Shown here piece after piece: positions 44,836 through 56,395 of a stretch of 64,000 nt of DNA. The stretch lies in the NCBI RefSeq assembly GCF_030013595.1, contig NZ_CP122768.1; one strand, given 5' to 3'. The stretch is from Escherichia coli. Lineage in GTDB: Bacteria; Pseudomonadota; Gammaproteobacteria; Enterobacterales; Enterobacteriaceae. The notes below the pieces were generated by a model that was not told the origin of the DNA, searched no databases, and worked only from the letters and a program-made list of their open reading frames with translations. The translations under genes and the position numbers were made by a program. Positions within the stretch are counted from its first letter, which is position 1, and each line of letters starts with the position of its first letter.

Positions 44836-45387
44836 ATGCATGAAAATATTTGGTTTACATATAAAGCCCGTATTCAAGCGCACCATAGACTAGAATGGCT
44901 TGAAAAACACTCTCAATTTATCCTCGTTTGGTATGCTATATTGAGTGCGGTACTTTCAATTATAACGTTACGATTTCCAAAATTTCTAGGAGATAATACA
45001 GATATCGTTGCGGCAATACTTTCAGTGGCTCTACTGGGTATTTCTCTGATCGTATCTAACCTAGATTATCGTGGTCGAGCAATAGCCATGAGAAGGAATT
45101 ATATTGCACTACAGAGACTCTATTTTGATATTAATAACGGCCAACAGTTAACTCTTGAACAGAAAGAAAAATATTTTAATTTGCTCAATGAGGTTGAGAA
45201 TCATCGTGACATAGATGATAAAGTTTCAAGGGTAACTCAAGTTGGACTTACGACTAGACTCCCCACACAAAAAGAAAAAATAATTGTTAAATTATGGATA
45301 TTACGTCGAATGTTTATTACTGTCGGCCTTTATATCCTCCCATTAATATGTCTTTGGATTGACTATGAATGCAAGCAGAGTTTTTAA
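44836..45387 (+). CDS. SLATT-like multi-TM protein (putative membrane effector)
   Basis: ATG 44836 with RBS AAGGA (44824-44828, 7-nt spacer); 183 aa; two adjacent hydrophobic helices (FILVWYAILSAVLSIITL, IVAAILSVALLGISLIVSNL) flanked by amphipathic helices, plus C-terminal MFITVGLYILPLICLWI; stop 45385-45387 overlaps RT start. Confidence 0.7.
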   Translation: MHENIWFTYKARIQAHHRLEWLEKHSQFILVWYAILSAVLSIITLRFPKFLGDNTDIVAAILSVALLGISLIVSNLDYRGRAIAMRRNYIALQRLYFDINNGQQLTLEQKEKYFNLLNEVENHRDIDDKVSRVTQVGLTTRLPTQKEKIIVKLWILRRMFITVGLYILPLICLWIDYECKQSF

Positions 45388-46735
45388 AAAGTCATTCTCG
45401 AAAAAAAACCTTCTAAAAGTATACAATGAAAAAATCAAAGAATCAGGAGCGATTGGCATAGATCGGATTCGTCCATCAAAACTTGATTTAACAATAAAGA
45501 ATGAGATCACTTTTATTTTTGAAAAGGTTAATTGTGGAAATTATAAATTTACAGCATATAAAGAAAAATTAATATCTAAAGGGGCTAACTCTATCCCCAG
45601 ACAGATTTCCATACCAACTGCCAGGGACAGAATTACCCTTAGGGCTCTCTGTGAATGCCTTACAGAAATATATCCTAACTCCAGATTAAAACTACCACAT
45701 ACAGTAATTGACTTATTGAAAAATGCATTAAACAGCGATCTATATGCTGAATATGCAAAAATAGATCTCAAAAGTTTCTATCCTTCAATTGAACATAAAT
45801 TGATATTTAATGCAATAAAAAATAAGATTAGAAAAAAAGAAATTAGGCAGTTAATAACATCATCATTAATCGTGCCTACTGTAAGTGGAAGTACAGGAAG
45901 CAAAGGTGTCCCTAATAATACCAGAGGAGTACCTCAGGGGTTAGCAATATCAAACATTTTAGCTGAAATATCACTATCTGATTTCGACAATGAAATCAAT
46001 AAAATGCATGACATATGGTACATGCGATACGTTGATGACATTCTTATTTTAACGCAAAAAGATCAAGCAACAAAAATTGCATCTCATATCATTGATAAGC
46101 TTCAATCATTAAATTTAAACCCACATCCATTAAATGAAGAGAACTCAAAATCCAAAGTAGGCAGCTTGGATGAAAGTTTCAACTTTTTGGGCTACCACAT
46201 AAAAAATCGAGAATTATTGATAAAACATGAGAGCATTCTTAGATTTGAGTCATCCTTAGCAAAAATTTTTACTGCATATAGACACGCTCTACTACAAGCT
46301 AAAAATAAGCGCGATAAAGAACGAGCTGTTGCATATTGTCAGTGGAAACTAAATCTTAGAATTACGGGGTGTGTGTTTGAAGGTAAACGATTGGGATGGG
46401 TATCGTACTTCTCACAAATAACGTCAACAGCTCAACTTCGAGCTGTTAATCATACGATCAATAATCTTATCCGCCGATTCGGCCTTTCATCAGAAATAAA
46501 ACCAAAGTCTTTGATTAAAACTTTCTATGAACTCCGCAGGGGTAGAGCGGAGACTTTTAAATACATACCTAACTTTGACAATCTACATATATCTCAGAAA
46601 CGAGAAATTGTTTCTATGTGGATAGGGAAAGAGAATGAAAAAAAACTTAGCAATAGTGAAATAGAGAGAAAATTTAAATTTAAAATTGCGAAATCAGTAA
46701 AAGAGCTTGAAGAGGACATTTCAGGGATATCATAG
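45365..46735 (+). CDS. Reverse transcriptase (RT domain plus ~170-aa C-terminal extension), family unassigned
   Basis: RT motifs in order: GIDRIRPS...IPRQISIPTARDRITLRAL, YAKIDLKSFYPSI, GVPQGLAISNILAEISLSDFD, YMRYVDDILIL (YVDD at 46028-46039), FLGYHI; ATG 45365 (track ORF starts at TTG 45359); AT-rich. Confidence 0.85.
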   Translation: MNASRVFKKSFSKKNLLKVYNEKIKESGAIGIDRIRPSKLDLTIKNEITFIFEKVNCGNYKFTAYKEKLISKGANSIPRQISIPTARDRITLRALCECLTEIYPNSRLKLPHTVIDLLKNALNSDLYAEYAKIDLKSFYPSIEHKLIFNAIKNKIRKKEIRQLITSSLIVPTVSGSTGSKGVPNNTRGVPQGLAISNILAEISLSDFDNEINKMHDIWYMRYVDDILILTQKDQATKIASHIIDKLQSLNLNPHPLNEENSKSKVGSLDESFNFLGYHIKNRELLIKHESILRFESSLAKIFTAYRHALLQAKNKRDKERAVAYCQWKLNLRITGCVFEGKRLGWVSYFSQITSTAQLRAVNHTINNLIRRFGLSSEIKPKSLIKTFYELRRGRAETFKYIPNFDNLHISQKREIVSMWIGKENEKKLSNSEIERKFKFKIAKSVKELEEDISGIS

Positions 46736-46847
46736 ATATGTAATCCATTAAATCCTTTATATATAAAGCAATAAACACACTATTTAAATTCACAAATCAG
46801 CCGCAGTATCCTGCCATGACAAGTTGCTGCGGCATATCACAAAACGA

Positions 46848-47432
46848 TTACTCCATAACAGGGACCGCAGGCCACTCAATATCAGGTGCAGTTGATGTAT
46901 CAACACGGTTCAGCAACACCCGATACTTTTTCCAGGCTTCCAGCAATGAGTTTTCTTCCTCCGTTGCGATTTCCAGATCTACAGCATCCTGAAGTGGCGC
47001 AATATGCTCACTGGCTACCTGCATCAGGTTGTTTTTTGTTTCTTCCGCCTCCCGGATCCGGAACAGTTTTTCTGCTTCCGTATCCTTCAACCAGGCTGTG
47101 CCGTTCCACTTCTGATATTCCCCTTCCGGCGATAACCAGGTAACATTTTCCGGTAACGGACCGAGTTCAGAAATAAATAACGCGTCGCCGGAAGCCACGT
47201 CATAAACCGTTTTACCCCGATGATCTTCAACGAGATGCCACGATGACTCATCACTGTTGAAAACAGCCACGAAGCCAGCCGGAATATCTGGCGGTGCAAT
47301 ATCGGTACTGTTTGCTGGCAGACCTGTATGAGGCGGAATATATGCGTCACCTTCACCAATAAATTCATTAGTTCCGGCCAGCAGATTATAAATTTTTATG
47401 GTCCGTGGTTGTTCACTCATTCTGAATGCCAT
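46848..47432 (-). CDS. tfa: Tail fiber assembly protein Tfa
   Basis: 194-aa [61 protein letters not shown]; reads as lambda Tfa. Confidence 0.9.
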   Translation of the reverse strand: MAFRMSEQPRTIKIYNLLAGTNEFIGEGDAYIPPHTGLPANSTDIAPPDIPAGFVAVFNSDESSWHLVEDHRGKTVYDVASGDALFISELGPLPENVTWLSPEGEYQKWNGTAWLKDTEAEKLFRIREAEETKNNLMQVASEHIAPLQDAVDLEIATEEENSLLEAWKKYRVLLNRVDTSTAPDIEWPAVPVME

Positions 47433-50400
47433 TATGCAAGCCTCACAATATAGTTAAATGCGATGTTTTTGACGGTGTTTTCCGCGTTACCAGCAGCGTT
47501 AACGGTGATGGTGTGTCCATGTGAACCAATCGCAACGGAGTGCGTGTGTGCACCAATACCGACAGTATGTGCGTGTGCACCTGCAGATGCTGCTGTGCCG
47601 GACAGTGAGTGGCTATGGTTACCATCTGTACTGGTATTAGCTAACGCCCCCGTAGACATACCTACTGAGCCTTGTACACCCCAGGTATTTTGACCTGAGC
47701 TTGTATAACCATATTGATAAGTATCTTTAAAAACACTGGGGTTAAATCGACGGCCATCTCTATGGCTGTGATTACCAGCTGCATTCGTGCTGCCACTTAA
47801 ACTATGGGTATGCGCACCAGTGTTATTCGTGGATTTAGTGCCGTAATCAAACGACGATGTGGTTTTCGTCCCCAAATCAGTACTGGATGCGCTGGCGCTG
47901 TGGGTATGCGATTTTATGCCGTCCTGTTCCTGAGACAATACGGCACGACCACTGGCGGGCTTGCCCTTAATCGTCCAGCCACGCATATCAGGGATCACGC
48001 CTGACGGATAAGCGGCTGCAAGTTTCGGGTAGGCAGATTTGTCAAAAGTCTGCCCCTGCATCAGGGCATAACCAGACGGAACGGTATCTGATGGCCACGG
48101 AATTGGTGCGCCAACTGGGTAGCTTTCTGGTGGAAGATTTTTCGAGGTATAAACTTCTGCCCAGCCTTCCTCAAAACCATAGCCATCTCTTGAGGAACGG
48201 TAGAACAGACCTCCATTTCTGTAATGCGCCTTCATCTGCAGGGTCCGGCAACTTCCGACTCCGGTATAGAAGTTAACCAGAATATAGCTGTCGCCAGAGC
48301 GGGTGACATTGTAAGCGCCTGATTCGGCATTCCAGGGAACGCCACCATCCGCATCGGCATATGTATCCGTTGCCCTTCTGGCAAAAGCAGCCACATGCGC
48401 GGCGGTTAAAGTAATATCTTTTGAACCATCAAACTCAACCCCAGAAACCAGTCTTGGCGTTTGCAGCTTTGTTGCTGTCAATGCGTTACCGTTCAGACTT
48501 GCAGACAGTTTGGTTCCAATAACCAGTTCGCCGGTTGCGTTATCAATAGCAAACGGTCTTAATGTATTCCAGCCACCATAAACATCACCTTGATTGGTAA
48601 GCAGCAGGTAAGTTTTAGCGCCATCATTACGCCATAATGCCCCATACTCCCCACCTATCATTCGAATCTGATTACCACCACGCGCTACAATTTCGTCTGT
48701 GGCAAAAAGTTTTTTGCACGACAAGTTATCGTTAACGATTAACGAATGGGACTCATAAAAACCACGCCCACTCTTAAAATCAAGGATAACGTCCGCCGCG
48801 ATACATTCAGTCGCCGGATTTGTTGCCCCAAACTTATAGGTCGTATCATTAACAACGAGATCAGCACCAGGTGCGGATATTGACAGGCCATCTTCGATAA
48901 ACGCAAAAACAGGGAAAGCAGCGCCATCAACATAGAACACAGAGCGCAAATCATCGCCCTTATTACTCATCATTATTGAGTGGATGGCTCGTTCATTGTT
49001 TTGATATTGCCAGAACATTCCATAAGCATAACGCCCCCTGTCAGTCCAGCCACCAGGCATAACAAATCCGTTAAACTCGCAGTTATTCATCGGATCGCCT
49101 GCGGTTCTCGTTGCCGTGGTGATAATGACCCTTGATGCCAGTTCGCTTACTGAGCCAGCAGAACGCATAACAACAACAGGGTAATATTTTCCAGATGTTG
49201 CACCTGCAGGAGCGTTAACCCGCACATAACGCATACCACGCTTATCAGCAAAGTCTGTTTTACTGACCGCGTTAATGTTGTTCAGGAAGCGTCCCTTATC
49301 GGGTATATCAGCGCCGTTCTGGTCTTTCTGCAGACGTTTCTCTGCATTGTCATAGGCTGATTTTACTGCCTTTGGCGTTGCCGCCAGCGTTTCAGACGAA
49401 CTGTTGGTCGCACAGCTGAGCTGTACTATCCCCTTTTTCGTCGTACTTGCATCCTCAAGCGCCACGGCGGATGCAATATCCTCTGCCCGTTTTGCCGCTG
49501 TCTCGGCGCGCGTTGCCGCGGATTCCGCCGTACTTTTGCTCTGTGCTGCCGCCGTCGCACTGCCAGCTGCCTCTGTCGCCTTCGTGGATGCTGTCGTGGC
49601 GCTGCCCTTCGCTGCGGACGCTTGTCTGGTCGCCTCATCTTTTGAAGCAGACGCCGATGATGCCGATGACGCCGCCGAACTGGCGGACGATGCAGCTGCC
49701 ATTTTTGAGGATTCTGCGCTGGTTTCCGACGCTTTCGCGTTCGTCTCGGATGTCTTCGCTGCGGAAGCAGACCTCGCTGCTGCGCTGGCCTGTTCAGTGG
49801 CTTCGCCAGCCTTCGTTGTGGCTGTTGAAGCAGACGATGCGGCACTTTCTGCCGATTTTCCGGCGGCGGTGGCACTGGCTGAGGCCTGCCCGGCACTTGT
49901 TGACGCGGCACTGGCAGACGACGCAGCCGCTGTTTTTGAGCCTGCCGCAGCCGAGGCGCTCTGTCCCGCTGCCGTTTCAGAAGACCTGGCGTTTGTCTCA
50001 GACGTCTTTGCCGCCTTCGCGGAATTGCCTGCCGCCGTTGCCGAGGAAGCGGCACTACTGGCGCTTGATGATGCGTTCGTTTCTGATGATTTCGCTGCCT
50101 CTTTTGAGGCCGCCGCATCCCGGGCTGAGGTGGCTGCTTCTGACGCCTTCGTGGTCGCGGCGGATGCAGAAGTTGCTGCTGATTGTTGTGACGCTGCCGC
50201 ATTCGTTTCTGACGTTTTCGCCGCAGCGGCACTGGTAGCTGCCGCGCTTTTTGAGGACTCTGCAGCAGCAGCACTTTTCGATGCTTCACTGGCCTTTGTT
50301 GATGCCGTTCCTGCGCTGGAAGATGCTGACTGAGCCGACGACGCGGCCTGTCCGGCTGACGTGCTGGCTGCGCGTGCTGAGCCTGCAGCATCAGTCGCAT

Positions 50401-50836
50401 GGGTTGCCGCCTCACGGGCTGATGTGCAGGCATCGCTGGCTGACTTCTTCGCGGCTGCCGTGTTCTGTGCCACCGCGGACGCGTTACGCGCCACCTCTTC
50501 CACCATCAGTTCAAAACGGCGCAGTGCCTCAGGACGGGCATCATCCTCCGTCATGGCACCGAGAAAATCATTCAGCGTACCGGGTCGGGAATCTTCATAC
50601 ACGGTGATGGTCCCGGCATGTGACGGCGGGAATCCCTCCACCAACAGAATAACGCTGTACTGCCCGTACTCAACGTCCATGCTGTAACGCCCGGCTTCAT
50701 CCGGATTTTCTGAGGCCAGCGTGTTCACCACCACCGTGGTGCTGTTACGTTTTGCTTTCAGCTGGATTGTGCAGTTCTGTACCGGTTTTCCTGTGCCGTC
50801 TTTCAGTACACCTGAAATCTTTACTGCCATATTCAC
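47432..50836 (-). CDS. stf: Side tail fiber protein Stf with expanded Ala/Ser/Thr-rich repeat region
   Basis: N-terminus [36 protein letters not shown] (lambda Stf-like; track ORF starts 2 codons earlier); 1134-aa track ORF; repeats such as AAKTSETNA; C-terminal fibre domain. Confidence 0.85.
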   Translation of the reverse strand: MNMAVKISGVLKDGTGKPVQNCTIQLKAKRNSTTVVVNTLASENPDEAGRYSMDVEYGQYSVILLVEGFPPSHAGTITVYEDSRPGTLNDFLGAMTEDDARPEALRRFELMVEEVARNASAVAQNTAAAKKSASDACTSAREAATHATDAAGSARAASTSAGQAASSAQSASSSAGTASTKASEASKSAAAAESSKSAAATSAAAAKTSETNAAASQQSAATSASAATTKASEAATSARDAAASKEAAKSSETNASSSASSAASSATAAGNSAKAAKTSETNARSSETAAGQSASAAAGSKTAAASSASAASTSAGQASASATAAGKSAESAASSASTATTKAGEATEQASAAARSASAAKTSETNAKASETSAESSKMAAASSASSAASSASSASASKDEATRQASAAKGSATTASTKATEAAGSATAAAQSKSTAESAATRAETAAKRAEDIASAVALEDASTTKKGIVQLSCATNSSSETLAATPKAVKSAYDNAEKRLQKDQNGADIPDKGRFLNNINAVSKTDFADKRGMRYVRVNAPAGATSGKYYPVVVMRSAGSVSELASRVIITTATRTAGDPMNNCEFNGFVMPGGWTDRGRYAYGMFWQYQNNERAIHSIMMSNKGDDLRSVFYVDGAAFPVFAFIEDGLSISAPGADLVVNDTTYKFGATNPATECIAADVILDFKSGRGFYESHSLIVNDNLSCKKLFATDEIVARGGNQIRMIGGEYGALWRNDGAKTYLLLTNQGDVYGGWNTLRPFAIDNATGELVIGTKLSASLNGNALTATKLQTPRLVSGVEFDGSKDITLTAAHVAAFARRATDTYADADGGVPWNAESGAYNVTRSGDSYILVNFYTGVGSCRTLQMKAHYRNGGLFYRSSRDGYGFEEGWAEVYTSKNLPPESYPVGAPIPWPSDTVPSGYALMQGQTFDKSAYPKLAAAYPSGVIPDMRGWTIKGKPASGRAVLSQEQDGIKSHTHSASASSTDLGTKTTSSFDYGTKSTNNTGAHTHSLSGSTNAAGNHSHRDGRRFNPSVFKDTYQYGYTSSGQNTWGVQGSVGMSTGALANTSTDGNHSHSLSGTAASAGAHAHTVGIGAHTHSVAIGSHGHTITVNAAGNAENTVKNIAFNYIVRLA

Positions 50837-50841
50837 CCCAC

Positions 50842-50868
50842 AAAAAAGCCCGCCTGAACCGGCGGGCT
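50842..50868 (-). terminator. Intrinsic terminator downstream of lom
   Basis: Minus strand reads AGCCCGCCGGTTCAGGCGGGCT followed by a T run. Confidence 0.5.
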
Positions 50869-50894
50869 GTCATAACACTGTGTTACCTGGCTAA

Positions 50895-51494
50895 TCAGAA
50901 TTTATAACCGACACCCACAATGAAACCGTCAGTGCGCCAGTCACCACTGCCGGAGCCTTCATAAGCAATATCAATGGCCACGGATTCGGTCGGGTTAACC
51001 TGCACGCCAGCTCCCCACGCCAGAGACGTGTTGCTGTGGCGACCGTCATCACTTCCGGTCAGCACGTCGTGCGTTTTCCCCTTGTTGTCAGTTACGCGGA
51101 GATAATCCCCGGAGAAAGTCGACACACGGCTGTAAGCCACACCCGCCATCGCATACGCGCTGAACCATTCATTCACGCGCACAGACGGCCCCGCCATTAC
51201 GCTGAACCAGCGGTTACGAACGGAATCTTCATGCCAGCTGGTATCGCTGTAATGCGTTTTTTGCTCATCTCCAGCGTTGGCATAACTGAATGACGTAATC
51301 AGCCCCAGCGTGTCCGTAAACTCATAACGGTATTTCACGTTAATCCCGTTCAGATTATCGCTGCCGGGAGCGTTCGTACGGGCATGAAGATACCCTGCGC
51401 TCAGTGTGGCCTGCTGCTCAGACGCCCATGCAGGCGCACCGGATACGGCCAGACAGATGGCTGCGGACAAAATGGCTGCACAAACTTTACGCAT
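50895..51494 (-). CDS. lom: Ail/Lom-family outer membrane protein
   Basis: 199-aa ORF with signal peptide MRKVCAAILSAAICLAVSGAPAWA and C-terminal GYKF; lambda lom position. Confidence 0.85.
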   Translation of the reverse strand: MRKVCAAILSAAICLAVSGAPAWASEQQATLSAGYLHARTNAPGSDNLNGINVKYRYEFTDTLGLITSFSYANAGDEQKTHYSDTSWHEDSVRNRWFSVMAGPSVRVNEWFSAYAMAGVAYSRVSTFSGDYLRVTDNKGKTHDVLTGSDDGRHSNTSLAWGAGVQVNPTESVAIDIAYEGSGSGDWRTDGFIVGVGYKF

Positions 51495-51561
51495 AATTAC
51501 CTCTCGCTTTTCTGCAATAAAAAAGGCGCCATTTCTGGCGCCCGTATATGGGTTATAAAAT

Positions 51562-54500
51562 TCAGCTGATACTGATGCCTGCGGTGGCTTTCTTCATCAC
51601 CACAACCAGCAAATCGCTGATACTTGCTGTGGGATACCAGTCATTTACCAGCCATGATGACACCGAAAACTCCAGCGTCATGTGGCCGCGACCAGCTGGC
51701 ATATCAATAACACCACTGTAAATCAGCGTATTATCCAGCGCGGTACGGTTATAAATTTCAGCACCGTTTTTCCGTACTATCAGGCGGCATGACGAATAAA
51801 TATCGTTATTCTCCCTCTCATGTTTAGCGCCGCTGAATGCCACCGCCGGAATAACAATCTGCCGGTCAAACGGCTGATCGTCATAAACCCTGACGGTGAT
51901 GGTCCCTGATGGCCACCGTTCCGGTGCACGGGAGTCCCGGGGGAAAGCTTTGCCCACTGTTTTAACGAGATCGCCTTCAATCTGGTTGGCGGACAGTTTT
52001 CCCAGAACCCGACAGTTCTCGTTAATCGTGACGTTGTTGAGCGTCCCGGAGTTCGCATTCACGTTACCGCTGATATCGGCATTTTTCGCCGTCAGCCGCC
52101 CGTCCGGTGTCAGGGAAAATACCGGAGGATTACCGCCGCTGGTAATGGTGGGAGCCGTCAGGCGTTTCAGGAACACGTCGTTCATGAATATCTGATCGCC
52201 CTGCCCAACAAACATCGGCTTTGTGTTGCCATTCGCAGGATTAATCATCGCAATCCTGTCTGCCGCCAGCAGCACCTGACTCTGCATGCCGTCAGGGGTG
52301 TTCTCAATACCGGCACCAATACCCGCGATATAAAGGCGTCCGTCCTGCATCTGCTGCAGCTTCACAGCCCACATGCTGTTCAGGTTATTATTTGTATCAA
52401 CCTGAACCTGCTGTATCTGCTGAATTGCCGCACTCTGGTCTTCCAGTTTCTTATTGACGGTCTGCGTGATTTCATTGCTGACATCCGTAATGGACGTCCT
52501 GATTTCAGCCAGGTCAGGCGCAAGCTGACCGTTATCAATCTGCGTCCACAGCTCCTGAGCCAGATGGGTTTTCCCTATCTCGCCTTTGAAAAAATCCAGA
52601 TAGCCGGATGCGTCATCACTCGGCTGACCAACAGCCTCCACGAATGCCGATTTGCCAACGGTGTTCACACTGCGAACGTAAAAATAATAATTATGGCCCG
52701 GCCTGATATTGATACTGGCGGCTATCCAGTACAGCGCCGTGCCAAGATAGCGTGCTGTGGTTTCAACCTGCCTGATATCCGCAATCCGCTTTTCCGAGAA
52801 CCAGAACTCAAACTGTACCGTCGGATCATAAACCGCAAGATGCGGCGTGGCGGTTATCTGAAAATAGCCCGGCGTCAGCTCAATCCGCGACGGCGCTGCC
52901 GGTGCGGCAATCCGGAACGATACCGACGCCGGATCGCCCTGCTGCCCCCACGCATTTACTGCCCGGACTGTCAGCCTGTAGTTCCCCAGCGCCAGTTGTG
53001 TGAAGCAGTAAGTGGTTTCCGTCGTCCGGGCCGTGCTGACCAGCCGCTCACTGCCGTCATCCGCTGCCACGGTCAGGCGAAGCAGGAAGCTCACGCCCTT
53101 CACCACCTTCGGCGTGTCCCAGCGCGCCAGCACCTGATATTCCCCGCTGTCTGCGGTGACTTCGGCAGTCAGGTGCTGCACTGCTGGCGGCGTGACACCA
53201 TTCACCGTGGCGCTCTGGTCACCGTCAAAGTGCGCCCCGTTATCCACGATGGCTTCTTTTTCCGGTACATGCTGCACGGCGGTGATGGCATACGTGCCGC
53301 CGTCGTTCTCACGGATACTCACGCAGCGGAACAGGCGCTGGCGCAGCGTCGGCAGCTTCAGCCCCCACACGCTGTATTCAGCAACACCGTCAGGAACACG
53401 GCTCACTTTCACCTTCACGCCGTCGGTGACGGACTGAACCTCCACGCTGACCGGATTGCCACTTCCGTCAACCAGGCTTATCAGCGTGGTACCGGAGGAT
53501 GGCAGCGTGATTTCACGGTCGAGCGTCAGCGTCCGGGTCTGGCTGTTCACCGCCAGCACGCGCCCGCCGGTGCTGATACCGGCATAGTCATCATCGCAGA
53601 TTTCAATGACATCGCCCGGTACATGGCGAAGCCCCTCAGCACCCACGCTGAAGTCCACGGTCTGCGTTTCCAGCAGCTCCGTTTTAATCAGCCACAGCCC
53701 GGCGCGGTGTGCCTGCCCCCGGCTGGTACAGCCAAAGGCATCCATCTTCGTGACGTTACGACCGTAACGGACAATGGCCTGCGTATCCTCCACAAGCTCT
53801 GTCGCCGTCTCCTGGCCGTTGTTCGGGTCAATCCAGTTCACCTCAACGGCATTATGGCGGTCCTTCAGGGCGCTGAAGCTGTAGCGGAACGGCGCGCCAT
53901 CATCCGGCATCACCACATTACTGCGGTTATAGGTCCACACCTTATCCGACGGTCGGTCCTGCACGAACGTCAGCGTCTGCCCGTTCCATACCGGCATACA
54001 GCGCATCGCCGAGCAGAAATCACTGAGTACATCCCACGCCTTGCGCTGTGTGGTCAGGTAAGCGTTACAGGTGATGCGCGGCTCCGTGCCGCCAGAGCCG
54101 TCCGGCACCAACTGGTCGCAGTACTGACCGATGACATACAGTGCCCATTTATCCACATCTGCCGCACCAAGACGTTTCCCCATGCCGTAGCGCGGATGGG
54201 TCAGCATATCCCACAGACACCAGGCCATGTTGTTGCTGTATGCTGGCTTTAACGTTCCGTCCCAGATACCGCTGTATTGCCGCGTCTGCGGGTTATAGTT
54301 CGACGGCACCTGCAGAATGCGCCCGCGAAGATGATAATTACGGCTCACCTGCTGGCTGCCGAACTGCTCCGAGTCCACCTGCACGCCAACCAGTGCCGTG
54401 TTCGGGTAGCACTGTTTCACATCGATGATTTCGGTGTATGACGACCAGAGCGTTTTGTTCTGCAGCTGGTCTGTGGTGCTGTCCGGCGTCATCCTGCGCA

Positions 54501-55041
54501 TCCGGATATTAAACGGACGCGGCGGCAGATTATCCACCACTACCGAGGCCAGATACTGCGAGGTGGTTTTGCCCTTAATGGTGATGTCTTTTTCCGTCAC
54601 CCAGCCACCGTTACGCTGTATCTGAACCAGCAGGCGAACTTCCGACGGATTCCGGTCCCCCTTTGAGGTGGTTTCCACCAGTGCCTGCACGCCGAAAGTA
54701 AAACGCAGACGGTCAATGTTTGCCGACGTGATGGTCCGGGTGATCGGCGTGTCATATTTCACTTCCGTACCCAGCACCGTCTCGGAGCCGGAGGATTCAA
54801 ACCCCTCCGGCGGTATCTGCTCCTGCTCACCGGCCCGGAACACCACCGTGACACCGGAGATGTTGGTATTCCCCTCACTGTCCAGCACCGGCGTGCTGTT
54901 CAGCAGCACGCTTTTTAATCCATCCACCGGACCTTCAATCGGCCCTTCGCTGATTGCATCAATCACACTCAGCAACTGCGTGGACTTCAGATTGTCCTTC
55001 GCTTCGCGCGGGGTATGCCCCTTACTGCTGCCTTTACCCAT
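51562..55041 (-). CDS. J: Host specificity (central tail fibre) protein J
   Basis: 1159-aa [51 protein letters not shown], matching lambda gpJ N-terminus. Confidence 0.9.
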   Translation of the reverse strand: MGKGSSKGHTPREAKDNLKSTQLLSVIDAISEGPIEGPVDGLKSVLLNSTPVLDSEGNTNISGVTVVFRAGEQEQIPPEGFESSGSETVLGTEVKYDTPITRTITSANIDRLRFTFGVQALVETTSKGDRNPSEVRLLVQIQRNGGWVTEKDITIKGKTTSQYLASVVVDNLPPRPFNIRMRRMTPDSTTDQLQNKTLWSSYTEIIDVKQCYPNTALVGVQVDSEQFGSQQVSRNYHLRGRILQVPSNYNPQTRQYSGIWDGTLKPAYSNNMAWCLWDMLTHPRYGMGKRLGAADVDKWALYVIGQYCDQLVPDGSGGTEPRITCNAYLTTQRKAWDVLSDFCSAMRCMPVWNGQTLTFVQDRPSDKVWTYNRSNVVMPDDGAPFRYSFSALKDRHNAVEVNWIDPNNGQETATELVEDTQAIVRYGRNVTKMDAFGCTSRGQAHRAGLWLIKTELLETQTVDFSVGAEGLRHVPGDVIEICDDDYAGISTGGRVLAVNSQTRTLTLDREITLPSSGTTLISLVDGSGNPVSVEVQSVTDGVKVKVSRVPDGVAEYSVWGLKLPTLRQRLFRCVSIRENDGGTYAITAVQHVPEKEAIVDNGAHFDGDQSATVNGVTPPAVQHLTAEVTADSGEYQVLARWDTPKVVKGVSFLLRLTVAADDGSERLVSTARTTETTYCFTQLALGNYRLTVRAVNAWGQQGDPASVSFRIAAPAAPSRIELTPGYFQITATPHLAVYDPTVQFEFWFSEKRIADIRQVETTARYLGTALYWIAASINIRPGHNYYFYVRSVNTVGKSAFVEAVGQPSDDASGYLDFFKGEIGKTHLAQELWTQIDNGQLAPDLAEIRTSITDVSNEITQTVNKKLEDQSAAIQQIQQVQVDTNNNLNSMWAVKLQQMQDGRLYIAGIGAGIENTPDGMQSQVLLAADRIAMINPANGNTKPMFVGQGDQIFMNDVFLKRLTAPTITSGGNPPVFSLTPDGRLTAKNADISGNVNANSGTLNNVTINENCRVLGKLSANQIEGDLVKTVGKAFPRDSRAPERWPSGTITVRVYDDQPFDRQIVIPAVAFSGAKHERENNDIYSSCRLIVRKNGAEIYNRTALDNTLIYSGVIDMPAGRGHMTLEFSVSSWLVNDWYPTASISDLLVVVMKKATAGISIS

Positions 55042-55101
55042 GTCTCAGACCCCATAAACGACAAAACCGCCCGAAGGCGGTTTCACATAAAACATTTTGC
55101 A

Positions 55102-55749
55102 TCAGCGACCAATCACCACAACCGGACCACCGTCCCCTTCATCTGCCGTGCTGATCTCCTGAGAAACCACACGAGACCCCACACGCATTTCACCGTACAG
55201 AACGGGCAGAACATTGCCCTGGGCAACCATGTTATCCAGTGACGAGAAATACGTGTTCTGTTTGCCGTTATCTGTACTGGCTGCCGTGGGCGTCCTGGCT
55301 TTCGGTGCCAGCATCTGCGCCACACCACCCAGGATCATACTGGCCCCTGCTGCATACAGACCCGATACAGCCGCGGCCCCCAGCCAGCCAACAGGGCTCC
55401 ACCATGCCACCGCAATCAGCGCCGCACCCAGCACCGCCTGAAACACACCGCCACTTTTGGCACCCGCCAGACGCGGCACGATGTGGATCACGGCACCATT
55501 TGCCAGCGGCTCATTAAGACGGGCAGACAATTCGGTTTCACCTGCATCACGCCCGGCAATGCGTACCTGGTACCAGCCGTCGCTCAGTTTCTGACGAAAC
55601 GCCGGGATCTGCATAGCCAGCGCCCGGATGGCTTCGGCCCCCGTTTTCACTCGAAGGTCGATGCGGCGGCCAAATCGTTGTAAATCCCCGTAAAGGCAGA
55701 TGCGTGCCATGCCCGGTGACGCCAGAGGGAGTGTGTGCGTCGCTGCCAT
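55102..55749 (-). CDS. I: Tail assembly protein I
   Basis: 215-aa ORF MAATHTLPLASPGMARICLYGDLQRFGRRIDLRVKTGAEAIRALA; overlaps the 3-prime end of the K ORF, start uncertain. Confidence 0.8.
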   Translation of the reverse strand: MAATHTLPLASPGMARICLYGDLQRFGRRIDLRVKTGAEAIRALAMQIPAFRQKLSDGWYQVRIAGRDAGETELSARLNEPLANGAVIHIVPRLAGAKSGGVFQAVLGAALIAVAWWSPVGWLGAAAVSGLYAAGASMILGGVAQMLAPKARTPTAASTDNGKQNTYFSSLDNMVAQGNVLPVLYGEMRVGSRVVSQEISTADEGDGGPVVVIGR

Positions 55750-56390
55750 TTGTCGGTGTACCTCTCTCGTTTGCTCAGTTGTTCAGGAATATGGTGCAGC
55801 AGCTCGCTGTCACCACAGTAAATGGCGGCATGATTCGGCACCGATGAACCAAAACAGCACAGCAGCACATCGCCCGGCTGCGCCGCTGACAACGGCACCT
55901 GATACAGCCCTGTGGCCTCCAGATTATCCAGATAGAGATTCTGACCGTTACGCCACCAGTCATCCCCGCGATGAAAATCCGGCATCTCAATCCCCGCCAG
56001 ATGGTAAGCATCCCGGAACAGCGTGTAACAGTCCGTCACCCCGTGCTCAAAGCGCCGCCCGGTGAGATGCGGCACACAGCGGAATTTATGAATCTCACCC
56101 CGGCAGACCAGCCACCACGGCAAATCACTCTGCACCTGCAGCCGCCGGTCAGCCTCACTCAGCCAGGGCAGACCACCGGGGTGGCTGTGGACCAGCGCCA
56201 CAATCTCACCCTGCATTTCTGCCCGCAGCCAGTCCTCCGGCGACATCCGGAAATACTCCTCCGGCTCACCGGAGATATTCACGCAGGGAAAATATCTTTC
56301 TCCCTCCGGCGTTCTCACCACGAAGCCGCACGACTCCGCTGGCGCACATCGCCGGGCGTGCGCCAGAATCGCTGATTCTGTTTCTGTCAT
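55647..56390 (-). CDS. K: Tail assembly protein K (NlpC/P60-like)
   Basis: 247-aa ORF MTETESAILAHARRCAPAESCGFVV with catalytic-type Cys/His context. Confidence 0.85.
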   Translation of the reverse strand: MTETESAILAHARRCAPAESCGFVVRTPEGERYFPCVNISGEPEEYFRMSPEDWLRAEMQGEIVALVHSHPGGLPWLSEADRRLQVQSDLPWWLVCRGEIHKFRCVPHLTGRRFEHGVTDCYTLFRDAYHLAGIEMPDFHRGDDWWRNGQNLYLDNLEATGLYQVPLSAAQPGDVLLCCFGSSVPNHAAIYCGDSELLHHIPEQLSKRERYTDKWQRRTHSLWRHRAWHASAFTGIYNDLAAASTFE

Positions 56391-56395
56391 GGGAT

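Noticed and set aside
44801-46815. 9-mer TATCCTGCC at 44801-44809 and 46807-46815, flanking the SLATT-RT operon like a target-site duplication
   Set aside because: By my estimate several identical 9-mer pairs are expected by chance in about 2 kb, and the match does not extend; not supportable as a cassette boundary without comparative data.
46800-46833. Inverted repeat GCCGCAG/CTGCGGC between the RT stop and tfa stop as a bidirectional terminator
   Set aside because: 7-bp stem with a 20-nt loop and no clear U-tract on either side; too weak to call.
49404-50433. Three long ORFs (263-335 aa) on both strands rich in Ala/Arg/Pro
   Set aside because: They lie inside the stf repeat region; alternate-frame and antisense read-through of GC-rich low-complexity repeats, not genes.
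47432-50836. Possible CRISPR-like or tandem DNA repeat array
   Set aside because: Repeats are degenerate, in-frame and protein-coding (tail fibre); no spacer-repeat periodicity.
55647-55749. 103-bp overlap between the K and I tail genes, possibly a lost K stop
   Set aside because: More likely start-site ambiguity for I (internal Met MARICLYG) and natural gene overlap; both products read as full-length lambda-like proteins.
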